From: Candidatus Geocrenenecus huangii
GTDB lineage: Archaea > Thermoproteota > Nitrososphaeria_A > Caldarchaeales > Wolframiiraptoraceae
DNA: 64,000 nt
Direction: 5' to 3'
NCBI GenBank assembly: GCA_023254095.1
Contig: JALNLM010000003.1
Location: forward strand, 5,477 to 69,476
In this document: positions 30,661 to 39,376 of the stretch, one piece after another
Layout: every line of letters begins with the position of its first letter
Position numbering within the stretch: position 1 is the stretch's first letter
The notes under the pieces: generated by a model
Databases searched by the model: none
What the model was told of the DNA's origin: nothing
Seen by the model: the letters and a program-made list of their open reading frames with translations, nothing else
Position numbers and translations under genes: made by a program

Positions 30661-30824
30661 TATCCCCTCCCACAATAATGAAAATCAAAGAGAATTTATA
30701 ATTATTGTTTTTCCCATCTCCATCCTACTCTAACTTGATGGAGAACGTCTCCCAAACTCACTCAAAGATTCAGACTAGAAATTCTCATTAGTTTTAAGAG
30801 TAGTCTCTGTTTGACGGAATAATG

Positions 30825-30840
30825 GGAAAAAGTTATATAA
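30825..30840 (+). promoter_or_regulatory. BRE/TATA-like promoter for the cimA paralogue
   Basis: GGAAAAAG-TTATATAA lies about 45 nt upstream of the first codon of the open frame (30885). Confidence 0.45.
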
Positions 30841-30884
30841 GAGGAGGGGACTGAATTCAATAAGTATTTCAAGGGGGGAACTGA

Positions 30885-32480
30885 ATCGATTACATCGAAA
30901 TTCTCGATACAACTCTCAGAGACGGTGCACAGACTACTGGTGTATCTTTCACACTAGAAGAAAAACTCAAGATAGTTGAAAAATTAGATGAGTTAGGCGT
31001 TGATTATATCGAGGGGGGATGGCCAGCCTCTAACCCAAAAGATAGTGAATTCTTTAGAAGAGTTAAAGATCTAACACTAAGGAATTCCAAGATAGCTGCA
31101 TTCGGAAGCACCGCTAAAGTCGGCGTTCCTATCCGTCTAGACCAGTCTTTGAACTCCATTCTAGAAGCAGATGTCTCAGTAGCTGTCTTATTTGGGAAGT
31201 CTTGGTCTTTACATGTTGAGAAAGTCTTGAAATGCAGTTTTGAAGAAAACCTAGAAATCGTCTACAACAGCGTAAATTATCTAAGAGAACATGGATTGAA
31301 AGTCATCTTCGATGCGGAACACTTCTTCGACGGTTATCTCGACAACCCTGAATACGCATTGAAGGTTTTGAAAGCTGCTGAAGAAGCTAAAGCTGAAACC
31401 ATTGTTCTAGCAGATACGAATGGGGGAAATACCTTCACGACGATAATGAAGGTTGTCCAGAATGTAAGAAGAGAGATAAAACCTAGGATCGGGATACATA
31501 CGCATAACGATTCAGGACTAGCTGTTGCAAATACCCTAGCAGCAGTAGAGGCTGGGGCTCGTCACGTTCAAGGAACTATAAATGGTTTAGGTGAGAGGTG
31601 CGGGAATGCTGACCTGATACAGATTCTCCCGGCCCTAATCTTCAAAATGAATTTTAATGCTCTGCGGACGAACCTTCCACGGGAAGAAAAATTACGGAAG
31701 CTCAAATCTATTGCAACATACGTTGCTGAAGCCTCAGGTATGCCTCTTTCACCATATCATCCATACGTTGGGGAATATGCTTTCAGCCATAAAGGTGGAG
31801 TACACATAGATGCTGTACTAAAAGAGAAAAGAGCGTATGAGCATATTGACCCTGGCTTGCTAGGAAACTTGACGAGGTTCGTCGTTTCAGACCAAGCTGG
31901 GAGGGCAGCTATCCTACAAGAAGCATTCGAGATGGGTCTTAAGCTCTCTAAAGATGAACCCGCTCTAACTAAGGCATTGCAAGAGATCAAGAACATGGAA
32001 GCAGAAGGATGCAAGTTCGATAATGCTACTGGAAGTATACGCTTAGTCATCTTGAAGTTTCTAGGATACAACATAGATAGATTGAAGATTATTTCTTGGA
32101 GGACCCTTGTAGAAAGAGGGCCAACAGACAGGGTAGAGGCAATAGTTACACTACAGTTAAATGGAGAAATAGTTCATGGTATAGGAAACGGCGTAGGACC
32201 AGTACACGCATTAGACCTAGCTCTTAGAGATGCTCTGCTGAGAAGACTTCCACAACTAGAAAGAGTTAAACTAGTAAACTATAAGGTCTCTGTGGTGGAT
32301 GCCGCAAGAGGTACGGGCGCCGCAGTAAGAGTCTTCATAGAGTTCACCGACGGGGAAAAAAGCTGGGCTTGTACTGCGTACTCTAGAAATATTCTTGAAG
32401 CAAGCTTGAAAGCATTAATCGACGGGTACACCTACAAGCTGATAACATATGAGTTGGAGAAGGACTTAGTCAATAGATGA
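30885..32480 (+). CDS. cimA: citramalate synthase-type LeuA paralogue, start codon unresolved
   Basis: The frame is open from the TGA at 30882 and encodes ILDTTLRDGAQTTGV..IEGGWP upstream of the tracked TTG 31149. Also HTHNDSGLAVAN, FSHKGGVHIDAV and a C-terminal LeuA_dimer-like domain. Confidence 0.7.
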   Translation: MDYIEILDTTLRDGAQTTGVSFTLEEKLKIVEKLDELGVDYIEGGWPASNPKDSEFFRRVKDLTLRNSKIAAFGSTAKVGVPIRLDQSLNSILEADVSVAVLFGKSWSLHVEKVLKCSFEENLEIVYNSVNYLREHGLKVIFDAEHFFDGYLDNPEYALKVLKAAEEAKAETIVLADTNGGNTFTTIMKVVQNVRREIKPRIGIHTHNDSGLAVANTLAAVEAGARHVQGTINGLGERCGNADLIQILPALIFKMNFNALRTNLPREEKLRKLKSIATYVAEASGMPLSPYHPYVGEYAFSHKGGVHIDAVLKEKRAYEHIDPGLLGNLTRFVVSDQAGRAAILQEAFEMGLKLSKDEPALTKALQEIKNMEAEGCKFDNATGSIRLVILKFLGYNIDRLKIISWRTLVERGPTDRVEAIVTLQLNGEIVHGIGNGVGPVHALDLALRDALLRRLPQLERVKLVNYKVSVVDAARGTGAAVRVFIEFTDGEKSWACTAYSRNILEASLKALIDGYTYKLITYELEKDLVNR

Positions 32481-32807
32481 AGATCTCTCCAATTCGAAGA
32501 TAGCTCTAATAGACTTCAACGATGAATCAATGAATCTTAAGAAAGAGTTTAGAGCAGCTCTCAGAGACACAACATCCTCCGCCTGGATCACTATCTTTAA
32601 TCCTTCATTGACGGCAATTATATCGACTCGCGTTCTCTTCGAAGGTAGCTCTCCCGCCTCAATCGAGACGGACTTATATATTATATCTCTTTCTTCAGGA
32701 GGAATAAATATCACTACTTCGACGATTGCGTTACCTAGCCTCGTATTATGGCTAGATGATATTCTAGGATCGGCATGTTGATCCTTCTTGCATGAAGACT
32801 TATCCAT
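32466..32807 (-). CDS. pcc1: KEOPS subunit Pcc1-like
   Basis: IVEVVIFIPPEE..IYKSVSIE..LKIVIQAEDVVSLRAALNSFLRFI matches the Pcc1/CTAG pattern. The gene also sits in the expected superoperon position. Confidence 0.7.
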   Translation of the reverse strand: MDKSSCKKDQHADPRISSSHNTRLGNAIVEVVIFIPPEERDIIYKSVSIEAGELPSKRTRVDIIAVNEGLKIVIQAEDVVSLRAALNSFLRFIDSSLKSIRAIFELERSSSID

Positions 32808-32917
32808 CTAGTAGTTTAACATTCTTCGTTGATAATAAAAGTTTTAACTTAATGAGAACAGGATGTTTGACAATAGCATATTCACCTATGAAATGTTGAT
32901 GCTAGTATATGCTTCAT

Positions 32918-33145
32918 TTATTTCTCCATGAAGGGAGACCAAGCTCCGCCCGCGAATTTATATCCGCATCTAGTACATTGCCAGACTCCGATTGAGACTC
33001 TTTTGACCTTCCCTTCCCCGCAACCGGGACATATATGTAATGCTTTCTGCTCACGTTCTATCTCAGCAACCTTCTTTCTAATAGTTGCCCCATATCTAGC
33101 TTTAAATCTCTTAGCAGGATTATCTTGTAGACGGCCGACCCTCAT
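32918..33145 (-). CDS. rpl37ae: ribosomal protein L37Ae (eL43)
   Basis: RYGATIRKKVAEIE..CPGCG..WQCTRCGYKFAGGAW. Confidence 0.95.
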   Translation of the reverse strand: MRVGRLQDNPAKRFKARYGATIRKKVAEIEREQKALHICPGCGEGKVKRVSIGVWQCTRCGYKFAGGAWSPFMEK

Positions 33146-33317
33146 AACAGTTCTCTAAAATAATTTTAAAAGTGTAATATATATGTAATCTTGGTTACTG
33201 GAGGCTAAATGCCTTTTCCGGCATGGTTCATGAGTAAGCGTCATTACAAGTTGATCGAGAGCATTATTAATGATTCATCGATATAGATAGTGAAACGGTT
33301 ACATTGATGTTAGCTAC

Positions 33318-34145
33318 CTATATTTTGACGTTTAATGCTTCACAGAATTTCTGCCTAGTATACTTGCATTTCTCAGAGGCCACGTCTATCATCTGTTCTA
33401 GCATGTTCTCAGGTATTAACCCCGGAGAATTCTTCTGTATAGAGATTACGTTGTCTTTTTCATCCATGCCTATAATTATTGAAACATCTAGAGCAGATTC
33501 TTCTTCTAACTGTGGATCAACCAAGAATTTTTCTTTAATTATCCCGAAGGTGGTAGTGAAGGGTAGAGACTGAAGTTGGAGATTAAAGTATTCTCCAGTC
33601 TTCTCCACCTTACCGTCTAAAACCTCATACTTAGGGATTCTCGCAGTTGCTAGAGCGGCAAGGACAGCGATCGTTGAAGGATCATAATAGTTACCATCAT
33701 AGTCGAGTACGTACACATCGACAAAAAGTATGTATGCTTTCTCCCCTTCGACCAAACATAGTTTTTCCAAGTCGATGCACTTGCTCTCCCTAATGCTACG
33801 GTCGACTACTCTGGCAAGCTCGACTCCGCGTTCATCGGGTGGTCCAGGCTCGAAGCTTATCGAGGCCAATGGTAATAGTTCTGCATTTACTGTGAATGAG
33901 CCTTCTCTCGGTCTATCAGAATATGGTGAGCCTATCTCTGCCTTTATTCCAACCAGTATCTTTGTTCCGCCCATTGAGGCAAGCGCAGAGCCGTCTGCCT
34001 TCTCGACGAGTCCCGTAACGATATTTATCGGCCTCATATCTGTCGGAGACCTACCGTCAAGCCTCTTGCCCTGCTTTAGCAGGTTGTATATCTTTTCTTG
34101 AACTATCTTCGCTGTTAGACTCTTCTTCATCTGAGATATAGACAT
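33318..34145 (-). CDS. rrp42: exosome subunit Rrp42
   Basis: RNase PH-like fold (RLDGRSPTDMRPI..DGSA) lacking the phosphate-binding GxTR motif of Rrp41. Follows rrp41. Confidence 0.9.
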   Translation of the reverse strand: MSISQMKKSLTAKIVQEKIYNLLKQGKRLDGRSPTDMRPINIVTGLVEKADGSALASMGGTKILVGIKAEIGSPYSDRPREGSFTVNAELLPLASISFEPGPPDERGVELARVVDRSIRESKCIDLEKLCLVEGEKAYILFVDVYVLDYDGNYYDPSTIAVLAALATARIPKYEVLDGKVEKTGEYFNLQLQSLPFTTTFGIIKEKFLVDPQLEEESALDVSIIIGMDEKDNVISIQKNSPGLIPENMLEQMIDVASEKCKYTRQKFCEALNVKI

Positions 34146-34151
34146 GCCTTC

Positions 34152-34889
34152 TTAAACCTCCATCAACGATACTCCACTATACTTTTTTCTTAGAGCCTCT
34201 CTTTGTTTCTGGTATATCTCCGTTATTCCTTTCTTAGCAAACTCAAGAGCTCTTCTAAAATCTTCCTTCGCAAGCCTCCCATTCAGTTGTAGTAAGACTA
34301 TGGAGTTAAGCCGTGGGGCCATGGCCACAGGCATATCTGCTTCACCATACTTATCTTCTAGGTCGCATAGATCGAGGACTAAGTGTCCTTCAATTTTTCC
34401 AACAGCCACGGCTGCTACTAGGTCGGCCATAGGTATTCCTGCTTCAGCGAGGGCAAGAGATGCGGCTGTCAGCCCAGCTGTTCTCGTCCCACCGTCAGCT
34501 TGTATAACCTCGATGTAGACATCTATACTTGTACGGGGGAATTCTTCAAGGAAGACTACGCTCTCTAGCGCTTCCCTTATTACTTTTGACAATTCTATTT
34601 CTCTTCTAGTCATCCCTAGAGGCTTCCTCTCATCTACGCTGAAAGACGCCATGTGATACCTACAGTTTAATATTGCACGATCAGGTAAAGCTAGGTGTTT
34701 AGGATGTACTTCTCTTGGACCGAAGACCGCTGCAAAGACTTTTGTCTTTCCCAGTTCTACGTATGCTGACCCATCACTTTTATCCAGCACGCCTATCTCT
34801 ATCTTCAGAGGTCTTAGCTCATCTGGTCTTCTCCCATCAATTCTAGTCCCTTCCTCATTTATCAATTTCAATTTTTCATCCTTCACCAT
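34152..34889 (-). CDS. rrp41: exosome subunit Rrp41 (RNase PH)
   Basis: [29 protein letters not shown] 34889 is preceded by GGAGGTGA (34902..34895); the longer tracked start is unlikely. Confidence 0.9.
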   Translation of the reverse strand: MVKDEKLKLINEEGTRIDGRRPDELRPLKIEIGVLDKSDGSAYVELGKTKVFAAVFGPREVHPKHLALPDRAILNCRYHMASFSVDERKPLGMTRREIELSKVIREALESVVFLEEFPRTSIDVYIEVIQADGGTRTAGLTAASLALAEAGIPMADLVAAVAVGKIEGHLVLDLCDLEDKYGEADMPVAMAPRLNSIVLLQLNGRLAKEDFRRALEFAKKGITEIYQKQREALRKKYSGVSLMEV

Positions 34890-35553
34890 GTGATTCACCT
34901 CCAAGAATACTTCTAACCAAGTTTTCAACTCTTTCTGTTAATCCTTGTGAATGTGCTTCTCTTTCAATCAACCTTATCGCAGACAAAGCTGCAAACTCGT
35001 TGCTAGGAGATGGTCCCTTAATAACTATGAACCCATTTCTCCCCACCAACAAGTCGCAGCCCGTCTCCTTCTTAATCATGTTAATCATCGACCCCCTTCT
35101 ACCAATCAACCTAGGAATCTTAGATGGATGCATACTTACCAGTAAGCCTGAGGTAACCTTCTTAATCTTCTCACCCGTCTCCAAGAATACACCTCTAAGT
35201 CCACTCTCTTTAACTGTTCCATACACTACCTCTCCAACTTTCAAGTTGAGAGCTTGAACCTCTTTTTTATCAGGTATTCTTATCGTCGCCGTTAGGTGTC
35301 TCCCTAGACTCACGTCGAAGCCATTTGGCTTGACATCTATCACTACACCTATGACACGATCACCAGGCTGAGGATTATATGTGCTCTTGAACGGTATAAC
35401 ACATACTTTATCATTCTTAATAGTCGCGAATCCTACTGTTGCTGCGTAAACCTTATTCCCTAGCACGTATGTTCCTTCACCACTTCTCTTATCATCATCT
35501 GATAATAGCTGACCCGGTAAAACGACCTCTCTCTCCGAGAAATATAAAGGCAT
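34876..35553 (-). CDS. rrp4: exosome subunit Rrp4 (S1 + KH)
   Basis: VLPGQLL N-terminal domain, an S1 barrel ([11 protein letters not shown]), and [17 protein letters not shown]. Confidence 0.9.
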   Translation of the reverse strand: MPLYFSEREVVLPGQLLSDDDKRSGEGTYVLGNKVYAATVGFATIKNDKVCVIPFKSTYNPQPGDRVIGVVIDVKPNGFDVSLGRHLTATIRIPDKKEVQALNLKVGEVVYGTVKESGLRGVFLETGEKIKKVTSGLLVSMHPSKIPRLIGRRGSMINMIKKETGCDLLVGRNGFIVIKGPSPSNEFAALSAIRLIEREAHSQGLTERVENLVRSILGGESHGEG

Positions 35554-35557
35554 ACTT

Positions 35558-36250
35558 CTACCCCTCTAAAGGATTCACCTCTATCCTTCCGCTCGCTATC
35601 CTCGTTAACCTATCTATTAAGTCTAAGTGTAGGCCTGTTGGAACCTCGACTACACCAACCCAGCTACCATCCTTCCTCCATTCTTCCTTGACTAACTTAC
35701 CCATATTCTTAATTAGTCCGTAAGATTTCCCAACTACTTCTCCTGGAAGTCTTATCTGGAGTTTGATTAAACCTATCTTTAAAGGAAGTATAGACCTAAG
35801 CTTCTCTATAATCTTTAATGCTTGCTCTTTAGCATCTTGGAAGGGATCTATAGTTACACCTGCTTCATCCATAGCTAGCTCTATTCTCTGAGGAGGATGA
35901 GGAAGGTTAGTTCTAGGATCAATAGCATTCCTAGAGATAAAATCTACAATAGATTTCTTTTTTTCTTCTATAAGTTTTCTTCTTTGTTCCGCGGTAACCT
36001 GTATTGTTCCCTCCTTCAATATCGTCTCCGCTATCTTCAAGAACTCTGTTGTGCCAAACGCCTTTCTCAATTCTTCCTCGCTCGCCCTACTTCCTTTACG
36101 GGAATCTTTGTAAACTTCTTCGTAGACGACGATCTTTGATACAGGAATATTCTCTCCAAGCCTATACTTTAGAGCGCGGTCGGGATCCACAAGTATCTCG
36201 AAGAGTATACCTTTCTTTTCAATTCTTGCAACAGTATAGTTCTTAGACAA
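35558..36250 (-). CDS. SBDS/Sdo1 ribosome maturation protein
   Basis: ARIEKKGILFEILVDPDRALKY..VYKDSRKG FYSH domain, in the conserved superoperon position. Confidence 0.9.
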   Translation of the reverse strand: MSKNYTVARIEKKGILFEILVDPDRALKYRLGENIPVSKIVVYEEVYKDSRKGSRASEEELRKAFGTTEFLKIAETILKEGTIQVTAEQRRKLIEEKKKSIVDFISRNAIDPRTNLPHPPQRIELAMDEAGVTIDPFQDAKEQALKIIEKLRSILPLKIGLIKLQIRLPGEVVGKSYGLIKNMGKLVKEEWRKDGSWVGVVEVPTGLHLDLIDRLTRIASGRIEVNPLEG

Positions 36251-36336
36251 CCCTATTTATCCTCCCAGCTAATCCACTGTCATTTAATTAACCCTTCTGG
36301 AGATAGTCTAACTAAGAGATTTATTAATATTCTCTT

Positions 36337-37074
36337 TCAGCTCTTCTTATCTTTTATTAATGGTTGAAGCCTCGCTTGCAATACTTCAGAAGGCATCACA
36401 GTATACTTTCTAGTCTTAGCAGGTATAGTTACCAGACGGGCTGTCCATCCTTCTTCAACTTTATCGATAGAATTAACTAATGCTTTCAAAGCTAGGTCTA
36501 CAGCTTCTTCAAGAGTGATGCCCTTTTGATAATTGTTTTCTAGAAACTCTTTTACTTTATCTGCACCTCTACCTATGGCCCACGCATCATATTCTAGGAC
36601 TAGACCGCTCGGCTCTGTGTAGAATATTCTCGAACCTGTTTTATCTACTCCACCAAATAGTAATGCTGTGCCGAATGGTCTAACGCCTGCATGTTGTGTA
36701 TACAACTGCATTACATCTCCTATACGTTTAGCTATCGCCTCGACAGTAGGCTCCTCATCATATGAGAGTCTTATAACTTGAGCGTAAACCCTAGCATTGT
36801 CTATGAGTACACGTGCATCAGAGTTTAGCCCAGCAGCCGCAGCGCCTATATGTTCATCCACCTGGAAAAGCTTCCAAGAGAAGTTAGGGTTTTGAAGTCT
36901 AGTATGCATCCTCTCCTCAACCGTTAAGACAACTCCTTCATTACATAGTATAGCTATAGCTGTAGAGCCAGACCTAACAGTCTCGAGAGCATATTCCACC
37001 TGGTAGAGTCTACCCTGAGGTGAAAAAACTGTTATCGCTCTATCATATGCTCCTGCAATACCGAGTGCTGCCAA
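36337..37074 (-). CDS. psmA: proteasome alpha subunit
   Basis: YDRAITVFSPQGRLYQVEYA signature. Confidence 0.95.
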   Translation of the reverse strand: MAALGIAGAYDRAITVFSPQGRLYQVEYALETVRSGSTAIAILCNEGVVLTVEERMHTRLQNPNFSWKLFQVDEHIGAAAAGLNSDARVLIDNARVYAQVIRLSYDEEPTVEAIAKRIGDVMQLYTQHAGVRPFGTALLFGGVDKTGSRIFYTEPSGLVLEYDAWAIGRGADKVKEFLENNYQKGITLEEAVDLALKALVNSIDKVEEGWTARLVTIPAKTRKYTVMPSEVLQARLQPLIKDKKS

Positions 37075-37284
37075 CTCTCTTCCACCCTAATCATATCAAT
37101 TATTCTTACTTAATAAAATTTCCTAGCTCTATAAGAAGACCTAGAATCTACTTAAAGGCTTGTAACCGTCTCTCAACCAATTCATCGAGCATAACAAGTT
37201 ATCCATCTCTAGATAGAATCGACAACTTTTCAGTATTGCAATATTGCCTAAGTCTAAATATCAGGAAGTGGGAAAAGATCTTGG

Positions 37285-37524
37285 ATGGCTGAGATCCTTT
37301 ATACTATATTAGGGTTGATAATAATTTTAATAGGGTTAGCCTTAATCTTCTCGACGATAAGTCCTAGAAAAGCTAATGTAGAAAGCGGAGGATTCATACT
37401 TATCGGACCATTCCCAATATTCTTTAAAGGTAAAGGCTCTAGACCTCTACTCCTCTTATTCCTAGCCTTAACGATACTGATTTTCTCCTTGTTTGTTTTC
37501 CTAGGGATGGTTAGATATGTCTGA
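37285..37524 (+). CDS. small 2-TM membrane protein (DUF131-like)
   Basis: TM - GGFILIGPFPIFF - TM layout. An 8-nt overlap links it to its paralogue. Confidence 0.6.
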   Translation: MAEILYTILGLIIILIGLALIFSTISPRKANVESGGFILIGPFPIFFKGKGSRPLLLLFLALTILIFSLFVFLGMVRYV

Positions 37525-37792
37525 AGAATCTAGAATAGTTATTCCGAGAAGCATAATATTCCTTGTCGGAGGCTTTCTAGTAATAATCGGTTTAACTCTG
37601 GTCTTCCTAGGGTTAAGCCATGAAGCTAAAATTGGTGGTCTAGTATTGATAGGCCCAATACCATTCCTCTTCTACTCAGAGGAGCCATCATCTATAATAG
37701 CGATTTTAGCATTCTTTATCTTCTCCATAGTACTTATCTTGAGCATCTTCGTATACCTAGTTTTGAAAAGACTTACACCGGTAACAGAGTAA
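37517..37792 (+). CDS. small 2-TM membrane protein (DUF131-like), tandem paralogue
   Basis: TM - GGLVLIGPIPFLF - TM layout. Confidence 0.6.
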   Translation: MSEESRIVIPRSIIFLVGGFLVIIGLTLVFLGLSHEAKIGGLVLIGPIPFLFYSEEPSSIIAILAFFIFSIVLILSIFVYLVLKRLTPVTE

Positions 37793-37830
37793 CCATTATA
37801 TAGTAAGGGTAGGAGACTCTAGTCGGAAAG

Positions 37831-38043
37831 GTGAAGAAGTTGCCTTTCTGCAGAGAATGCGGCTCAAAGTTATTCTACGATAGGAATTCGAAAGAATATG
37901 TATGTAGAAGCTGTGGGCTAACTTATACATTCCAAGACCTAGTAATAGAGTCAGAGAAAATGTTTGAAGAAAAGCTAAAAAGGGATGAGAAGCGGAGAAC
38001 TAGAGAAGAATATTTAGAATGGTGGTTATCTAGGAAGAAGTGA
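37831..38043 (+). CDS. zinc-ribbon protein with basic tail
   Basis: CRECGSKL..CRSCG followed by a K/R/E-rich helix. Confidence 0.6.
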   Translation: MKKLPFCRECGSKLFYDRNSKEYVCRSCGLTYTFQDLVIESEKMFEEKLKRDEKRRTREEYLEWWLSRKK

Positions 38044-38339
38044 GAACCATGGAAATGATACTATTTGTTGAAAAAAGCAGATATAAAGAATTAGAAGAAA
38101 GATTACTTAAAGATGACGTAGTATCTAGAAGTAATATAATCTTCCGAGTCTCTGAACCATTAAGAGAAGGAGGCTTCTACGCTAGGATAATCGGGTCAGA
38201 AGAGCAATGTGATAGAGCAAGGAAACTCGCTGGAGAAATAGCTCAAGAAATCTTGGGAGAAGAAAAAGAAAAAGTTCTAAAAGCCATAAAAGAAGAAGAT
38301 GAAAAAATGCTTTCAGGCTTCTCCGGAATATTCAAATAA
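38040..38339 (+). CDS. hypothetical protein
   Basis: Coding-like composition. GTG 38040 overlaps the upstream stop; ATG 38049 is an alternative start. No motif recognised. Confidence 0.5.
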   Translation: MRTMEMILFVEKSRYKELEERLLKDDVVSRSNIIFRVSEPLREGGFYARIIGSEEQCDRARKLAGEIAQEILGEEKEKVLKAIKEEDEKMLSGFSGIFK

Positions 38340-38610
38340 AATAGAGAATAGTAGGCGTGGCCGCTGAGACTTAAATCCCACAACAGCAACTATGACTGGG
38401 CCGATATTGTTTAATGCTCGGCTATCTTACTTTAAGGCCTATCGCATAATATGATAGCAGTAACTCCTCCGAGAACTGATTAGCCAGTTCCTTGATTAAG
38501 TCCTATATCCTCTATTATTTTTAGCACGATTTAAAAACAGTGTAAGAATTAAATAGCATCGTATCAATTATACTCAAAAGGAACTGGGCAGAAAAGGTGT
38601 TGTACCAGCG

Positions 38611-39372
38611 ATGTATACTATCTTCATAACCGGTACTGCAGGCTCAGGTAAGTCAACACTTGCAGGAGCTTTCAGCGATTGGTTAAGAAGTCAAGAACAA
38701 TCAACTCTACTTGTGAATCTTGACCCTGCAGTTTTAACATTACCTTATGAGCCTGACGTAGACGTTAGAGAAATGGTGGACTATGAGAGAGTGATGACGA
38801 CGAGGAGACTAGGCCCGAACGCGGCCCTGATAGCAACGTTGAGAGAAGTAGCAAGACATATAGAGGAAGTAGCTGACGAAGTAAACTCACATGAGGTTGA
38901 CTTCCTTATAGTTGACACTCCCGGGCAACTCGAATTGTTTGCATACAGGAAGGAGGGAAGAATATTTACAAAGTACATTGGAGAAGGTAGAAAGGTTATG
39001 TTGTTCCTACTGGATCCCATGTTCTGCGCAGTAACGAGAAACTTCGTGGCAAGCATGTTCCTAGCCTCATCGATATATTTAACATTCCAGCTACCGATGA
39101 TACAGATACTCAACAAAATAGACGCTGTCCCTAAAAAGTACATTGATAGAATTGAAAGGTGGAGTGAATCACTAGAATCACTTATAGTAGATATAGAGAA
39201 TAGGTCGAAGAACGTGTTAATGCATTTATCGAGAGAGATTGCTCAATCAGTCTACGATATAGTCTCCAACATGCCTATAGTTCCTGTTTCATCCATAACG
39301 ATGGAGGGATTTGCAGAACTCCACGCAATTCTAACAAGAGTAGTTGGTGAAGGAGAAATAGAATTAAGGTGA
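38611..39372 (+). CDS. GPN-loop GTPase
   Basis: GTAGSGKST P-loop, the GPN motif (RLGPNAAL), DTPGQLE, NKID. Confidence 0.9.
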   Translation: MYTIFITGTAGSGKSTLAGAFSDWLRSQEQSTLLVNLDPAVLTLPYEPDVDVREMVDYERVMTTRRLGPNAALIATLREVARHIEEVADEVNSHEVDFLIVDTPGQLELFAYRKEGRIFTKYIGEGRKVMLFLLDPMFCAVTRNFVASMFLASSIYLTFQLPMIQILNKIDAVPKKYIDRIERWSESLESLIVDIENRSKNVLMHLSREIAQSVYDIVSNMPIVPVSSITMEGFAELHAILTRVVGEGEIELR

Positions 39373-39376
39373 AAAC

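Noticed and set aside
31149-31151. TTG 31149 as the true start of the cimA paralogue, as in the ORF track.
   Set aside because: That start would delete the DTTLRDG motif and the first barrel strands. These are clearly encoded in frame upstream, so the track start results from requiring ATG, GTG or TTG.
34890-34928. The 13 extra N-terminal codons of rrp41 ([13 protein letters not shown]) in the ORF track, which overlap rrp4 by 53 nt.
   Set aside because: A strong GGAGGTGA lies 5 nt upstream of the internal ATG 34889. The extension is hydrophobic and atypical for Rrp41.
38340-38610. A 271-nt gap with locally GC-richer patches (GTAGGCGTGGCCGCTGAGAC, ATGATAG...CTGA), considered as a tRNA or sRNA.
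   Set aside because: There is no T-loop (GTTCRANYC), no cloverleaf and no properly spaced C/D boxes. GC content is far below what a structural RNA of a hyperthermophile would show.
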